A stretch of 64,000 bases of DNA, from positions 1-64,000 of the forward strand of contig JAUCBJ010006254.1 of NCBI GenBank assembly GCA_032718475.1, read 5' to 3'. This DNA is from Nemertoderma westbladi (Eukaryota; Animalia; Xenacoelomorpha). Shown here in pieces: positions 35,088-48,400 of this stretch (position 1 is the stretch's first letter; each line of letters begins with the position of its first letter). Below the pieces are notes generated by a model. The model did no database searches, had not been told where the DNA came from, and saw only the letters and a list, made by a program, of their open reading frames with translations. The translations under genes and the position numbers were made by a program.

Positions 35088-36709
35088 TTATATATGGAGT
35101 GGGTGTATGTCTATATTATTTTATCTATTTTTATTACATTTTATATGTGAACTTTATTATGTACTTTATTATAATCGTTTTTATTCAATTTTTATTTAGT
35201 AGAATGCTATTTTAGAATGTTTAGTAGATTAGTGCAATATATTAGTGTTTATTACGTACATAATTACTTATAATATATATTTAGTGCGACGGCAAGAAGT
35301 AATTATTTTCTCTTTCCTTACTGTCCGTATTATATTATAAATGCGAGACTATAGTAAGATGACATGTCAGTACTTCTTAAAGTACAATAAAGCCACTACT
35401 ATATTTAAGTATTATTGGTAGGCAGAGTATTAGGAATGCAAAGTTCAGATCCTCGTGTCTCGGCTAAACCAAGCTCTGGGTAGACCTTGGAAACGACTTG
35501 CCTCTTCACACTGACATTGCTTCGTGCGATATTGCTCTTCTACCTTATAACAAATAATACATATAGTAGCGTGATGTCCCTCTAACAGTAGCGTAAATCG
35601 CAAATAAATCTGTTAAACTTTTGACCATCTGTAATTCTAGTCGATTAAGATATCGTGGCACCCACCGATATACTTGAAAGACAAATTCTAGAATCAGTGG
35701 TTAACGTCCCCAGACAAGTTCTGGAATAAATCGGTGCCCATCCTAAATATTAATTTAATATTTATTAAAATCTGTAAAATTCAGATCCGTTAACAATTCT
35801 AGTCGATTAAGATATCGTAGCACTTACCGATACTCTTAAAAGACAAATTTCATAGAATTAAGGATCCTATGTCCCCAGACCTGCTCTGGAATCAAATTGT
35901 GTCAATTTTAACATCAAATAATAAAATTCACGGGAATAAATTTAAATTCATATTCGAATGAATTTCATAAATTGTCATTTTGTGCAATTTATAACATTCC
36001 CAAAATTCCAGTAATTAATAGATCATGGGAGCGGAGATTCATATTGAGTGTACTAGAGTGCGAGAATCTCCAATATATAGTCAATAGCCGATAAAATTTG
36101 TAAAATCATGCATAAAGAGAATATTGACAATTAAAGAATTACTATTAAATAACATCCCAGATCTGTATGCATGAGAAGTACCCTAATTCTACCGCTAGTT
36201 TTCCATAATGTCACCATGGCAACACCCACGCTAGAATTAGAAGCAAGTTAAAGGAACAATAAAAGGCTTGCCCCATTGCGTAGCATAAGAGTATACATAG
36301 CGCACTATTAGTATCCAAGGATACATAGTAATAACGTGACATTCTGGAAGACACTGACTAACGGACAAATGGCATGCATGTGTGCAGTAATTAATGATTG
36401 TATGGAATTTGTGCGTTTGTAGGTGAATGTTACTACTAAAGTGTGTTTACAGTAGCTAATCGCAATTGTAAAGTAGCCCTAACTCTACCGAGATAACCTC
36501 AAGTGGATTCAAGCCTTTGGGACGGACAGTGGTGGGACTTGTGCCGGTTATCGTTGTCGTGCTGTTGCTACATGTTGGCGTAAACACTGCGACAGCGGTA
36601 CATCGGCGCTGAGAAACCCACTGTCCGGGGGCAAAAGCCTAGTAGGCAGCGACGCCCGCTTGCCTAAAATATTAACTTATATTGATATTAATAAACTCAG
36701 ATAACAGAT

Positions 36710-37108
36710 ATGACGGAATTGATAGAAGATGACCTTGGTATCAGGGAGCGATATACTCTACCTTTACAAGCGTTTGTGGATAGCTTGATACGCGGTGAAG
36801 CCGATCCGACTATTACGGAGGACGATGGTCGTTATATCGAACCGCCGAGGTCCCAGGAACAACTTACGCGTGAATTGGACTATAGAAAATTCACCGCTCG
36901 CTATACGCATCGTAATGGTACGTATATGGACTTCTTAACTACCGGCCATCCTATCGATTTACATGATACGGACGATGTAGACACCGAAAGGGAAATGGTT
37001 CTATTTAAATATCATACCCAGCGGCGTCGTAACGATAAACCGAGAATAGATCACGAAAATTCTATTCGTAACAGACTGGGAAGACGAACCAATATGTCTG
37101 GAATCTGA
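36710..37108 (+). CDS. Accessory ORF A of the LTR element, unknown function (132 aa)
   Basis: ATG-initiated, GC-richer than flanks, acidic N-terminus and Arg-rich C-terminus (TQRRRNDKPR...RNRLGRR). Confidence 0.6.
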   Translation: MTELIEDDLGIRERYTLPLQAFVDSLIRGEADPTITEDDGRYIEPPRSQEQLTRELDYRKFTARYTHRNGTYMDFLTTGHPIDLHDTDDVDTEREMVLFKYHTQRRRNDKPRIDHENSIRNRLGRRTNMSGI

Positions 37109-37264
37109 GGAGATTCAGCCTATCGCGCTCGGAACAGCGACAACGATTACATCCTAGAATGGTACCAAGGTCCACAGTGTCTCACTGCGTACGATTATCG
37201 CCATGCCAACTATGTTTCTCGGCAACGTTGTCGGTTATGCGCATCGAGAGACCATGTTACGCCC

Positions 37265-38158
37265 ATGGACACAAACGTCCGCTGTTCCTATTTCCACGAA
37301 CAACCGGCGATGGAAATTTATTGCGCGTATTGCAGATTTAATAATTTGCACATTTTTGCGGTTTGCCCTCAATTTACGACTCAATGTCACCATTGTCAAC
37401 TAAAGGGACATGCCAGTTTCGATTGTCCTTTTAATCACGATTTGGAAAGCGTAGATGAAATGATCACACTACGTTACATCAGAGCTTGGGAAGCGAACAC
37501 TGATTTACATTGTGATTCACGCCATCGCTATTATCCTGGACGCGCTTACGAAGGAGTTTATGCGTTCCATCCTTATTTGTTTGCCTCCGTCGAGCAGAAA
37601 TCGCGCCTATCAAGTTATGAACTATTGAAGCGCGTTGGAGAATGTATTTCAACCAAATATGTACGCAAATTTCTCAGGAGCATTAATCCGAGTGACATCA
37701 ATTCGTACAACTTAATAAACTTTATCCGTCAAGATCCGGCCTATGGAGACTTATTTGTCAACTCACACCCCGAGTTACAAGAAGTATATCGACGGCCTTA
37801 CGAGTACAGAGCCCGCGAACGCGAGTTGGAAAGAACCATTAAACCAAGGAAGTTTCTAACTGCCTATGGTTCACCCACGGCCCTCGTTCAGACCACTCGT
37901 AAAGGACACGTAAGAGCGGCTGTCTTGAAACGAGCTCTCAAAGCCGTTAGACCCCTCTCCCCGGACGTTGATGTCAATCAACCCGGTACTTCGACCGGCG
38001 GATATACCGATCGCAATCCCATACCTTCTGATGCAATCATATTGCACCCTTCACCCAGGAGTTATAGCCCTCCTCGTAAAGCGGCTCGCCCCAAAGAGAA
38101 AAGGACTCTTGCTAGCTTTAAAAAACTGCGTAAACGCCGTCCGCGCAAGAAAGACTAA
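37265..38158 (+). CDS. Accessory ORF B of the LTR element: zinc-knuckle protein with basic C-terminus (297 aa)
   Basis: CAYCRFNNLHIFAVC and CHHCQLKGHASFDC (CX2CX4-5HX4C); NLS-like C-terminal KKLRKRRPRKK. Confidence 0.75.
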   Translation: MDTNVRCSYFHEQPAMEIYCAYCRFNNLHIFAVCPQFTTQCHHCQLKGHASFDCPFNHDLESVDEMITLRYIRAWEANTDLHCDSRHRYYPGRAYEGVYAFHPYLFASVEQKSRLSSYELLKRVGECISTKYVRKFLRSINPSDINSYNLINFIRQDPAYGDLFVNSHPELQEVYRRPYEYRARERELERTIKPRKFLTAYGSPTALVQTTRKGHVRAAVLKRALKAVRPLSPDVDVNQPGTSTGGYTDRNPIPSDAIILHPSPRSYSPPRKAARPKEKRTLASFKKLRKRRPRKKD

Positions 38159-38228
38159 CTGTTTAGAGTATTTTTATATTTTAGAAACTGTGATTTTGTA
38201 TATTTTATAGACTTAAATCCCATTTTCT

Positions 38229-38236
38229 GGGAGCGG
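38229..38236 (+). promoter_or_regulatory. Short polypurine tract
   Basis: gggagcgg immediately before the 3' LTR, preceded by a T-rich run. Confidence 0.6.
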
Positions 38237-39432
38237 TGTAAAAGCTTTTGTGGGATAACTGATACGTTTGCCTTTGCTGGCCAGTTCCCCCCCAGTCGCT
38301 AGAATACTCTCAAAGGGATTTATAACTAAAATAGTGCAAGCTACCAGCTTATTGGCTGATGTGCTGTACGGAGATATCTGGGCTCAGTTTAATCGGCCAA
38401 CTAGCTTAGAGAGGTTGCCTTAGCCTTGCTGTCCGTATCGGCCAATAGAATTTGAGTGGGCGTTGATTTCGACCTATCCCAGAGCTACTGAACTGAATTT
38501 CCTATCTCACTGCTCATCCTCTGTGTTGGACGGGAGCTTCGGGGAATAAGGGTAGTTGGTATACTCGTATAGTCATTCCAGTCATATGATTTTATATGAT
38601 TCTGTTGTTGTGTTCCCATTTTCGCCATAACACCGGCTTTTTGGGAAGAACTCTAGTAAAACTGCTTAAATTATCGAAAGTATAAACTGTTACCTACTCA
38701 CTTACTTAACTAACTCACTTAATTTAACTGCATTAATCATATTGTTTGTACTGTTATTTTACTGTCAGTTATTAATTGTATCTATTTGTTGATGGAAATA
38801 TTGCTCTTTGGAGAATACGGATAAATCACCCAAAATTCCCAATTTTCTTGATACACTACAGGTTAGAGAGACGGGCTATATATAACAATTGCGATTTATA
38901 TTAATGTGGTGTGTATTGAATCTAATGTTATTTAGCAGACCCTACATGAGTCAATTGCTGCTCTCTTTATGTGTGATCAAATATACTGACGGTCGGCAGA
39001 ATAGTGTGCATGATTGTGATTGGTAACAAAGTATTTCCTAAAGAATGCGCTTTATACTTTAATCATAAGCAGTATCGTTGCGTTTAGTATAAGTCCTAGT
39101 TCTGTTTAAATAGATAGAGCGCCACGTCCTAAAGGAACTGTTAATATTCCCCGAAAGCCAATAATATCTGTCAGGAATTAATTATTAATGATCTGTCGAA
39201 TAATACAGTAAGTTTACGCTGCAACCTTACACTGCAATAATAAAATTTAAGCATCCGAATTCAGCCTCCCGGGTGTAGATCCATCGGGTGAATGATCGCG
39301 CATGGGCTGACTTCGGCTAATGTTTTGCGTATTAGCATAAAATATTGTCGTATGCTAAAGGTGTTTTAATTAACTAAAAGACATATAAATTTTGGCAGGT
39401 TAAACTGCTAAAGGTCTTCAAAAGCGCGAACA
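38237..39432 (+). repeat. 3' LTR (1196 bp)
   Basis: tgtaaaagc...gcgcgaaca followed by TSD attta. Confidence 0.97.
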
Positions 39433-42400
39433 ATTTATCTCCCTTTCTACCCGATCAGCTGCGTTTAATTTATCTACATTTCTACCCGATCAGCTGCGTT
39501 TAATTTATCTCCCTTTCTACCCGATCAGCTGCGTTTAATTTATCCCCCTTTCTACCCGATCAGCTGCGTTTAATTTATCTCCCTTTCTACCCGATCAGCT
39601 GCGTTTAATTTATCTCCCTTTCTATCCGATCAGCTGCGTTTAATTTATCTCCCTTTCTACCCGATCAGCTGCGTTTAATTTATCTCCCTTTCTACCCGAT
39701 CAGCTGCGTTTAATTTATCTCCCTTTCTACCCGATCAGCTGCGTTTAATTTATCTCCCTTTCTACCCGATCAGCTGCGTTTAATTTATCTCCCTTTCTAC
39801 CCGATCAGCTGCGTTTAATTTATCTCCCTTTCTATAATTTATCTCCCTTTCTACCCGATCAGCTGCGTTTAATTTATCTCCCTTTCTATAATTTATCTCC
39901 CTTTCTACCCGATCAGCTGCGTTTAATTTATCTCCCTTTCTACCCGATCAGCTGCGTTTAATTTATCTCCCTTTCTATCCGATCAGCTGCGTTTAATTTA
40001 TCTCCCTTTCTACCCGATCAGCTGCGTTTAATTTATCTCCCTTTCTACCCGATCAGCTGCGTTTAATTTATCTCCCTTTCTACCCGATCAGCTGCGTTTA
40101 ATTTATCTCCCTTTCTACCCGATCAGCTGCGTTTAATTTATCTCCCTTTCTACCCGATCAGCTGCGTTTAATTTATCTCCCTTTCTATAATTTATCTCCC
40201 TTTCTACCCGATCAGCTGCGTTTAATTTATCTCCCTTTCTATAATTTATCTCCCTTTCTACCCGATCAGCTGCGTTTAATTTATCTCCCTTTCTACCCGA
40301 TCAGCTGCGTTTAATTTATCTCCCTTTCTACCCGATCAGCTGCGTTTAATTTATCTCCCTTTCTATCCGATCAGCTGCGTTTAATTTATCTCCCTTTCTA
40401 CCCGATCAGCTGCGTTTAATTTATCTCCCTTTCTACCCGATCAGCTGCGTTTAATTTATCTCCCTTTCTACCCGATCAGCTGCGTTTAATTTATCTCCCT
40501 TTCTACCCGATCAGCTGCGTTTAATTTATCTCCCTTTCTACCCGATCAGCTGCGTTTAATTTATCTCCCTTTCTATAATTTATCTCCCTTTCTACCCGAT
40601 CAGCTGCGTTTAATTTATCTCCCTTTCTATAATTTATCTCCCTTTCTACCCGATCAGCTGCGTTTAATTTATCTCCCTTTCTACCCGATCAGCTGCGTTT
40701 AATTTATCTCCCTTTCTACCCGATCAGCTGCGTTTAATTTATCTCCCTTTCTACCCGATCAGCTGCGTTTAATTGATCTCCCTTTCTACCCGATTAGCTG
40801 CGTTTAATTTATCTCCCTTTCTACCCGATCAGCTGCGTTTAATTTATCTCCCTTTCTACCCGATCAGCTGCGTTTAATTTATCTCCCTTTCTATAATTTA
40901 TCTCCCTTTCTACCCGATCAGCTGCGTTTAATTTATCTCCCTTTCTATAATTTATCTCCCTTTCTACCCGATCAGCTGCGTTTAATTTATCTCCCTTTCT
41001 ACCCGATCAGCTGCGTTTAATTTATCTCCCTTTCTACCCGATCAGCTGCGTTTAATTTATCTCCCTTTCTACCCGATCAGCTGCGTTTAATTGATCTCCC
41101 TTTCTACCCGATTAGCTTCGTTTAATTTATCTCCCTTTCTACCCGATCAGCTGCGTTTAATTTATCTCCCTTTCTACCCGATCAGCTGTGTTTAATTTAT
41201 CTCCCTTTCTACCCGATCAGCTGCGTTTAATTTATCTCCATTTCTACCCGATCAGCTGCGTTTAATTTATCTCCCTTTCTACCCGATCAGCTGCGTTTAA
41301 TTTATCTCCCTTTCTACCCGATTAGCTGCTTTTAATTTATCTCCCTTTCTACCCGATCAGCTGCGTTTAATTTATCTCCCTTTCTACCCGATCAGCTGCG
41401 TTTAATTTATCTCCATTTCTACCCGATCAGCTGCGTTTAATTTATCTCCCTTTCTACCCGATCAGCTGCGTTTAATTTATCTCCCTTTCTACCCGATTAG
41501 CTGCGTTTAATTTATCTCCCTTTCTACCCGATCAGCTGCGTTTAATTTATCTCCCTTTCTACCCGATCAGCTGCGTTTAATTTATCTCCCTTTCTACCCG
41601 ATCAGCTGCGTTTAATTTATCTCCCTTTCTCTCCGATCAGCTGCGTTTAATTTATCTCCCTTTCTACCCGATCAGCTGCGTTTAATTTATCTCCCTTTCT
41701 ACCCGATCAGCTGCGTTTAATTTATCTCCCTTTCTATAATTTATCTCCCTTTCTACCCGATTAGCTGCGTTTAATTTATCTCCCTTTCTACCCGATCAGC
41801 TGCGTTTAATTTATCTCCCTTTCTACCCGATCAGCTGCGTTTAATTTATCTCCCTTTCTACCCGATCAGCTGCGTTTAATTTATCTCCCTTTCTACCCGA
41901 TCAGCTGCGTTTAATTTATCTCCCTTTCTATAATTTATCTCCCTTTCTACCCGATCAGCTGCGTTTAATTTATCTCCCTTTCTCTCCGATCAGCTGCGTT
42001 TAATTTATCTCCCTTTCTACCCGATCAGCTGCGTTTAATTTATCTCCCTTTCTACCCGATCAGCTGCGTTTAATTTATCTCCCTTTCTATAATTTATCTC
42101 CCTTTCTATAATTTATCTCCCTTTCTATAATTTATCTCCCTTTCTATAATTTATCTCCCTTTCTATCCGATCAGCTGCGTTTAATTTATCTCCCTTTCTA
42201 CCCGATCAGCTGCGTTTAATTTATCTCCCTTTCTACCCGATCAGCTGCGTTTAATTTATCTCCCTTTCTACCCGATCAGCTGCGTTTAATTTATCTCCCT
42301 TTCTACCCGATCAGCTGCGTTTAATTGATCTCCCTTTCTACCCGATCAGCTGCGTTTAATTTATCTCCCTTTCTATAATTTATCTCCCTTTCTACCCGAT

Positions 42401-45400
42401 CAGCTGCGTTTAATTGATCTCCCTTTCTACCCGATCAGCTGCGTTTAATTTATCTCCCTTTCTACCCGATCAGCTGCGTTTAATTTATCTCCCTTTCTAT
42501 AATTTATCTCCCTTTCTACCCGATCAGCTGCGTTTAATTGATCTCCCTTTCTACCCGATCAGCTGCGTTTAATTTATCTCCCTTTCTACCCGATCGGCTG
42601 CGTTTAATTTATCCCCCTTTCTACCCGATCATCTGCGTTTAATTTATCTCCCTTTCTACCCGATCAGCTGCGTTTAATTGATCTCCCTTTCTACCCGATC
42701 AGCTGCGTTTAATTTATCTCCCTTTCTATAATTTATCTCCCTTTCTATCCGATCAGCTGCGTTTAATTTATCTCCCTTTCTACCCGATCAGCTGCGTTTA
42801 ATTTATCTCCCTTTCTACCCGATCAGCTGCGTTTAATTTATCTCCCTTTCTACCCGATCAGCTGCGTTTAATTTATCTCCCTTTCTACCCGATCAGCTGC
42901 GTTTAATTTATCTCCCTTTCTATAATTTATCTCCCTTTCTACCCGATCAGCTGCGTTTAATTTATCTCCCTTTCTACCCGATCGGCTGCGTTTAATTTAT
43001 CTCCCTTTCTATAATTTATCTCCCTTTCTACCCGATCAGCTGCGTTTAATTTATCTCCCTTTCTACCCGATCAGCTGCGTTTAATTTATCTCCCTTTCTA
43101 TAATTTATCTCCCTTTCTACCCGATCAGCTGCGTTTAATTTATCTCCCTTTCTACCCGATCGGCTGCGTTTAATTTATCTCCCTTTCTATAATTTATCTC
43201 CCTTTCTACCCGATCAGCTGCGTTTAATTTATCTCCCTTTCTACCCGATCGGCTGCGTTTAATTTATCCCCCTTTCTACCCGATCATCTGCGTTTAATTT
43301 ATCTCCCTTTCTACCCGATCAGCTGCGTTTAATTTATCTCCCTTTCTACCCGATCAGCTGCGTTTAATTTATCTCCCTTTCTATAATTTATCTCCCTTTC
43401 TACCCGATCAGCTGCGTTTAATTTATCTCCCTTTCTATAATTTATCTCCCTTTCTATCCGATCAGCTGCGTTTAATTTATCTCCCTTTCTACCCGATCAG
43501 CTGTGTTTAATTTATCTCCCTTTCTACCCGATCAGCTGCGTTTAATTTATCTCCCTTTCTACCCGATCAGCTGCGTTTAATTTATCTCCCTTTCTACCCG
43601 ATCAGCTGCGTTTAATTTATCTCCCTTTCTACCCGATCAGCTGGGTTTAATTTATCTCCCTTTCTATCCGATCAGCTGTGTTTAATTTATCTCCCTTTCT
43701 ACCCGATCAGCTGCGTTTAATTTATCCCCCTTTCTACCCGATCATCTGCGTTTAATTTATCTCCCTTTCTATAATTTATCTCCCTTTCTATCCGATCAGC
43801 TGCGTTTAATTTATCTCCCTTTCTACCCGATCAGCTGCGTTTAATTTATCTCCCTTTCTACCCGATCAGCTGCGTTTAATTTATCTCCCTTTCTACCCGA
43901 TCAGCTGCGTTTAATTTATCTCCCTTTCTACCCGATCAGCTGCGTTTAATTTATCTCCCTTTCTACCCGATCAGCTGCCTTTAATTTATCTCCCTTTCTA
44001 TCCGATCAGCTGCGTTTAATTTATCTCCCTTTCTACCCGATCAGCTGCGTTTAATTTATCTCCCTTTCTATCCGATCAGCTGCGTTTAATTTATCTCCCT
44101 TTCTACCCGATCAGCTGCGTTTAATTTATCTCCCTTTCTACCCGATCAGCTGCGTTTAATTTATCTCCCTTTCTATCCGATCAGCTGCGTTTAATTTATC
44201 TCCCTTTCTACCCGATCAGCTGCGTTTAATTTATCTCCCTTTCTATCCGATCAGCTGCGTTTAATTTATCTCCCTTTCTACCCGATCAGCTGCGTTTAAT
44301 TTATCTCCCTTTCTACCCGATCAGCTGCGTTTAATTTATCTCCCTTTCTACCCGATCAGCTGCGTTTAATTTATCTCCCTTTCTACCCGATCAGCTGCGT
44401 TTAATTTATCTCCCTTTCTACCCGATCAGCTGCGTTTAATTTATCTCCCTTTCTACCCGATCAGCTGCGTTTAATTTATCTCCCTTTCTACCCGATCAGC
44501 TGCGTTTAATTTATCTCCCTTTCTACCCGATCATCTGCGTTTAATTTATCTCCCTTTCTATAATTTATCTCCCTTTCTACCCGATCAGCTGCGTTTAATT
44601 TATCTCCCTTTCTATAATTTATCTCCCTTTCTACCCGATCGGCTGCGTTTAATTTATCTCCCTTTCTACCCGATCAGCTGCGTTTAATTTATCTCCCTTT
44701 CTACCCGATCAGCTGCGTTTAATTTATCTCCCTTTCTATAATTTATCTCCCTTTCTACCCGATCAGCTGCGTTTAATTTATCTCCCTTTCTACCCGATCG
44801 GCTGCGTTTAATTTATCTCCCTTTCTACCCGATCAGCTGCGTTTAATTTATCTCCCTTTCTACCCGATCAGCTGCGTTTAATTTATCTCCCTTTCTACCC
44901 GATCAGCTGCGTTTAATTTATCTCCCTTTCTACCCGATCAGCTGCGTTTAATTTATCTCCCTTTCTACCCGATCAGCTGCGTTTAATTTATCTCCCTTTC
45001 TACCCGATCAGCTGCGTTTAATTTATCTCCCTTTCTATAATTTATCTCCCTTTCTACCCGATCAGCTGCGTTTAATTTATCTCCCTTTCTACCCGATCAG
45101 CTGCGTTTAATTTATCTCCCTTTCTATAATTTATCTCCCTTTCTACCCGATCAGCTGCGTTTAATTTATCTCCCTTTCTATAATTTATCTCCTTTTCTAC
45201 CCGATCAGCTGCGTTTAATTTATCTCCCTTTCTACCCGATCAGCTGCGTTTAATTTATCTCCCTTTCTATAATTTATCTCCCTTTCTACCCGATCAGCTG
45301 CGTTTAATTTATCTCCCTTTCTATAATTTATCTCCCTTTCTACCCGATCAGCTGCGTTTAATTTATCTCCCTTTCTACCCGATCAGCTGCGTTTAATTTA

Positions 45401-48400
45401 TCTCCCTTTCTACCCGATCAGCTGCGTTTAATTTATCTCCCTTTCTACCCGATCATCTGCGTTTAATTTATCTCCCTTTCTATAATTTATCTCCCTTTCT
45501 ATAATTTATCTCCCTTTCTACCCGATCAGCTGCGTTTAATTTATCTCCCTTTCTATAATTTATCTCCCTTTCTACCCGATCAGCTGCGTTTAATTTATCT
45601 CCCTTTCTATAATTTATCTCCTTTTCTACCCGATCAGCTGCGTTTAATTTATCTCCCTTTCTACCCGATCAGCTGCGTTTAATTTATCTCCCTTTCTATA
45701 ATTTATCTCCCTTTCTACCCGATCAGCTGCGTTTAATTTATCTCCCTTTCTATAATTTATCTCCCTTTCTACCCGATCAGCTGCGTTTAATTTATCTCCC
45801 TTTCTACCCGATCAGCTGCGTTTAATTTATCTCCCTTTCTACCCGATCAGCTGCGTTTAATTTATCTCCCTTTCTACCCGATCATCTGCGTTTAATTTAT
45901 CTCCCTTTCTATAATTTATCTCCCTTTCTATCCGATCAGCTGCGTTTAATTTATCTCCCTTTCTACCCGATCAGCTGCGTTTAATTTATCTCCCTTTCTA
46001 TAATTTATCTCCCTTTCTACCCGATCAGCTGCGTTTAATTTATCTCCCTTTCTACCCGATCAGCTGCGTTTAATTTATCTCCCTTTCTACCCGATCAGCT
46101 GCGTTTAATTTATCTCCCTTTCTACCCGATCAGCTGCGTTTAATTTATCTCCCTTTCTACCCGATCATCTGCGTTTAATTTATCTCCCTTTCTATAATTT
46201 ATCTCCCTTTCTATCCGATCAGCTGCGTTTAATTTATCTCCCTTTCTACCCGATCAGCTGCGTTTAATTTATCTCCCTTTCTATAATTTATCTCCCTTTC
46301 TACCCGATCAGCTGCGTTTAATTTATCTCCCTTTCTACCCGATCAGCTGCGTTTAATTTATCTCCCTTTCTACCCGATCAGCTGCGTTTAATTTATCTCC
46401 CTTTCTACCCGATCAGCTGCGTTTAATTTATCTCCCTTTCTACCCGATCATCTGCGTTTAATTTATCTCCCTTTCTATAATTTATCTCCCTTTCTATAAT
46501 TTATCTCCCTTTCTACCCGATCAGCTGCGTTTAATTTATCTCCCTTTCTATAATTTATCTCCCTTTCTACCCGATCAGCTGCGTTTAATTTATCTCCCTT
46601 TCTATAATTTATCTCCTTTCTACCCGATCAGCTGCGTTTAATTTATCTCCCTTTCTACCCGATCAGCTGCGTTTAATTTATCTCCCTTTCTATAATTTAT
46701 CTCCCTTTCTACCCGATCAGCTGCGTTTAATTTATCTCCCTTTCTATAATTTATCTCCCTTTCTACCCGATCAGCTGCGTTTAATTTATCTCCCTTTCTA
46801 CCCGATCAGCTGCGTTTAATTTATCTCCCTTTCTACCCGATCAGCTGCGTTTAATTTATCTCCCTTTCTACCCGATCATCTGCGTTTAATTTATCTCCCT
46901 TTCTATAATTTATCTCCCTTTCTATCCGATCAGCTGCGTTTAATTTATCTCCCTTTCTACCCGATCAGCTGCGTTTAATTTATCTCCCTTTCTACCCGAT
47001 CAGTTGCGTTTAATTTATCTCCCTTTCTATCCGATCAGCTGCGTTTAATTTATCTCCCTTTCTATAATTTATCTCCCTTTCTACCCGATCATCTGCGTTT
47101 AATTTATATCCCTTTCTATAATTTATCTCCCTTTCTACCCGATCAGCTGCGTTTAATTTATCTCCCTTTCTACCCGATCAGCTGCGTTTAATTTATCTCC
47201 CTTTCTACCCGATCACCTGCGTTTAATTTATCTCCCTTTCTATCCGATCAGCTGCGTTTAATTTATCTCCCTTTCTACCCGATCAGCTGCGTTTAATTTA
47301 TCTCCCTTTCTACCCGATCAGCTGCGTTTAATTTATCTCCCTTTCTACCCGATCAGCTGCGTTTAATTTATCTCCCTTTCTACCCGATCGGCTGCGTTTA
47401 ATTTATCTCCCTTTCTACCCGATCAGCTGCGTTTAATTTATCTCCCTTTCTATCCGATCAGCTGCGTTTAATTTATCTCCCTTTCTACCCGATCAGCTGC
47501 GTTTAATTTATCTCCCTTTCTACCCGATCAGCTGCGTTTAATTTATCTCCCTTTCTACCCGATCAGCTGCGTTTAATTTATCTCCCTTTCTACCCGATCA
47601 GCTGCGTTTAATTTATCTCCCTTTCTACCCGATCAGCTGCGTTTAATTTATCTCCCTTTCTACCCGATCAGCTGCGTTTAATTTATCTCCCTTTCTACCC
47701 GATCAGCTGCGTTTAATTTATCTCCCTTTCTACCCGATCAGCTGCGTTTAATTTATCTCCCTTTCTACCCGATCAGCTGCGTTTAATTTATCTCCCTTTC
47801 TACCCGATCAGCTGCGTTTAATTTATCTCCCTTTCTACCCGATCAGCTGCGTTTAATTTATCTCCCTTTCTACCCGATCAGCTGCGTTTAATTTATCTCC
47901 CTTTCTACCCGATCAGCTGCGTTTAATTTATCTCCCTTTCTACCCGATCAGCTGCGTTTAATTTATCTCCCTTTCTACCCGATCAGCTGCGTTTAATTTA
48001 TCTCCCTTTCTACCCGATCAGCTGCGTTTAATTTATCTCCCTTTCTACCCGATCAGCTGCGTTTAATTTATCTCCCTTTCTACCCGATCAGCTGCGTTTA
48101 ATTTATCTCCCTTTCTACCCGATCAGCTGCGTTTAATTTATCTCCCTTTCTACCCGATCAGCTGCGTTTAATTTATCTCCCTTTCTACCCGATCAGCTGC
48201 GTTTAATTTATCTCCCTTTCTACCCGATCAGCTGCGTTTAATTTATCTCCCTTTCTACCCGATCAGCTGCGTTTAATTTATCTCCCTTTCTACCCGATCA
48301 GCTGCGTTTAATTTATCTCCCTTTCTACCCGATCAGCTGCGTTTAATTTATCTCCCTTTCTACCCGATCAGCTGCGTTTAATTTATCTCCCTTTCTACCC

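Larger units (their letters stand above)
27007..39432 (+). mobile_element. BEL/Pao-type LTR retrotransposon, non-autonomous (gag-protease only) with accessory ORFs, 12.4 kb
   Basis: TG...CA LTRs, 5-bp TSD ATTTA (27002-27006 / 39433-39437), BEL-type gag with three zinc knuckles and an aspartic protease. Confidence 0.95.

Noticed and set aside
36710-38158. Envelope gene
   Set aside because: No signal peptide, transmembrane helix or glycoprotein-like cysteine pattern.
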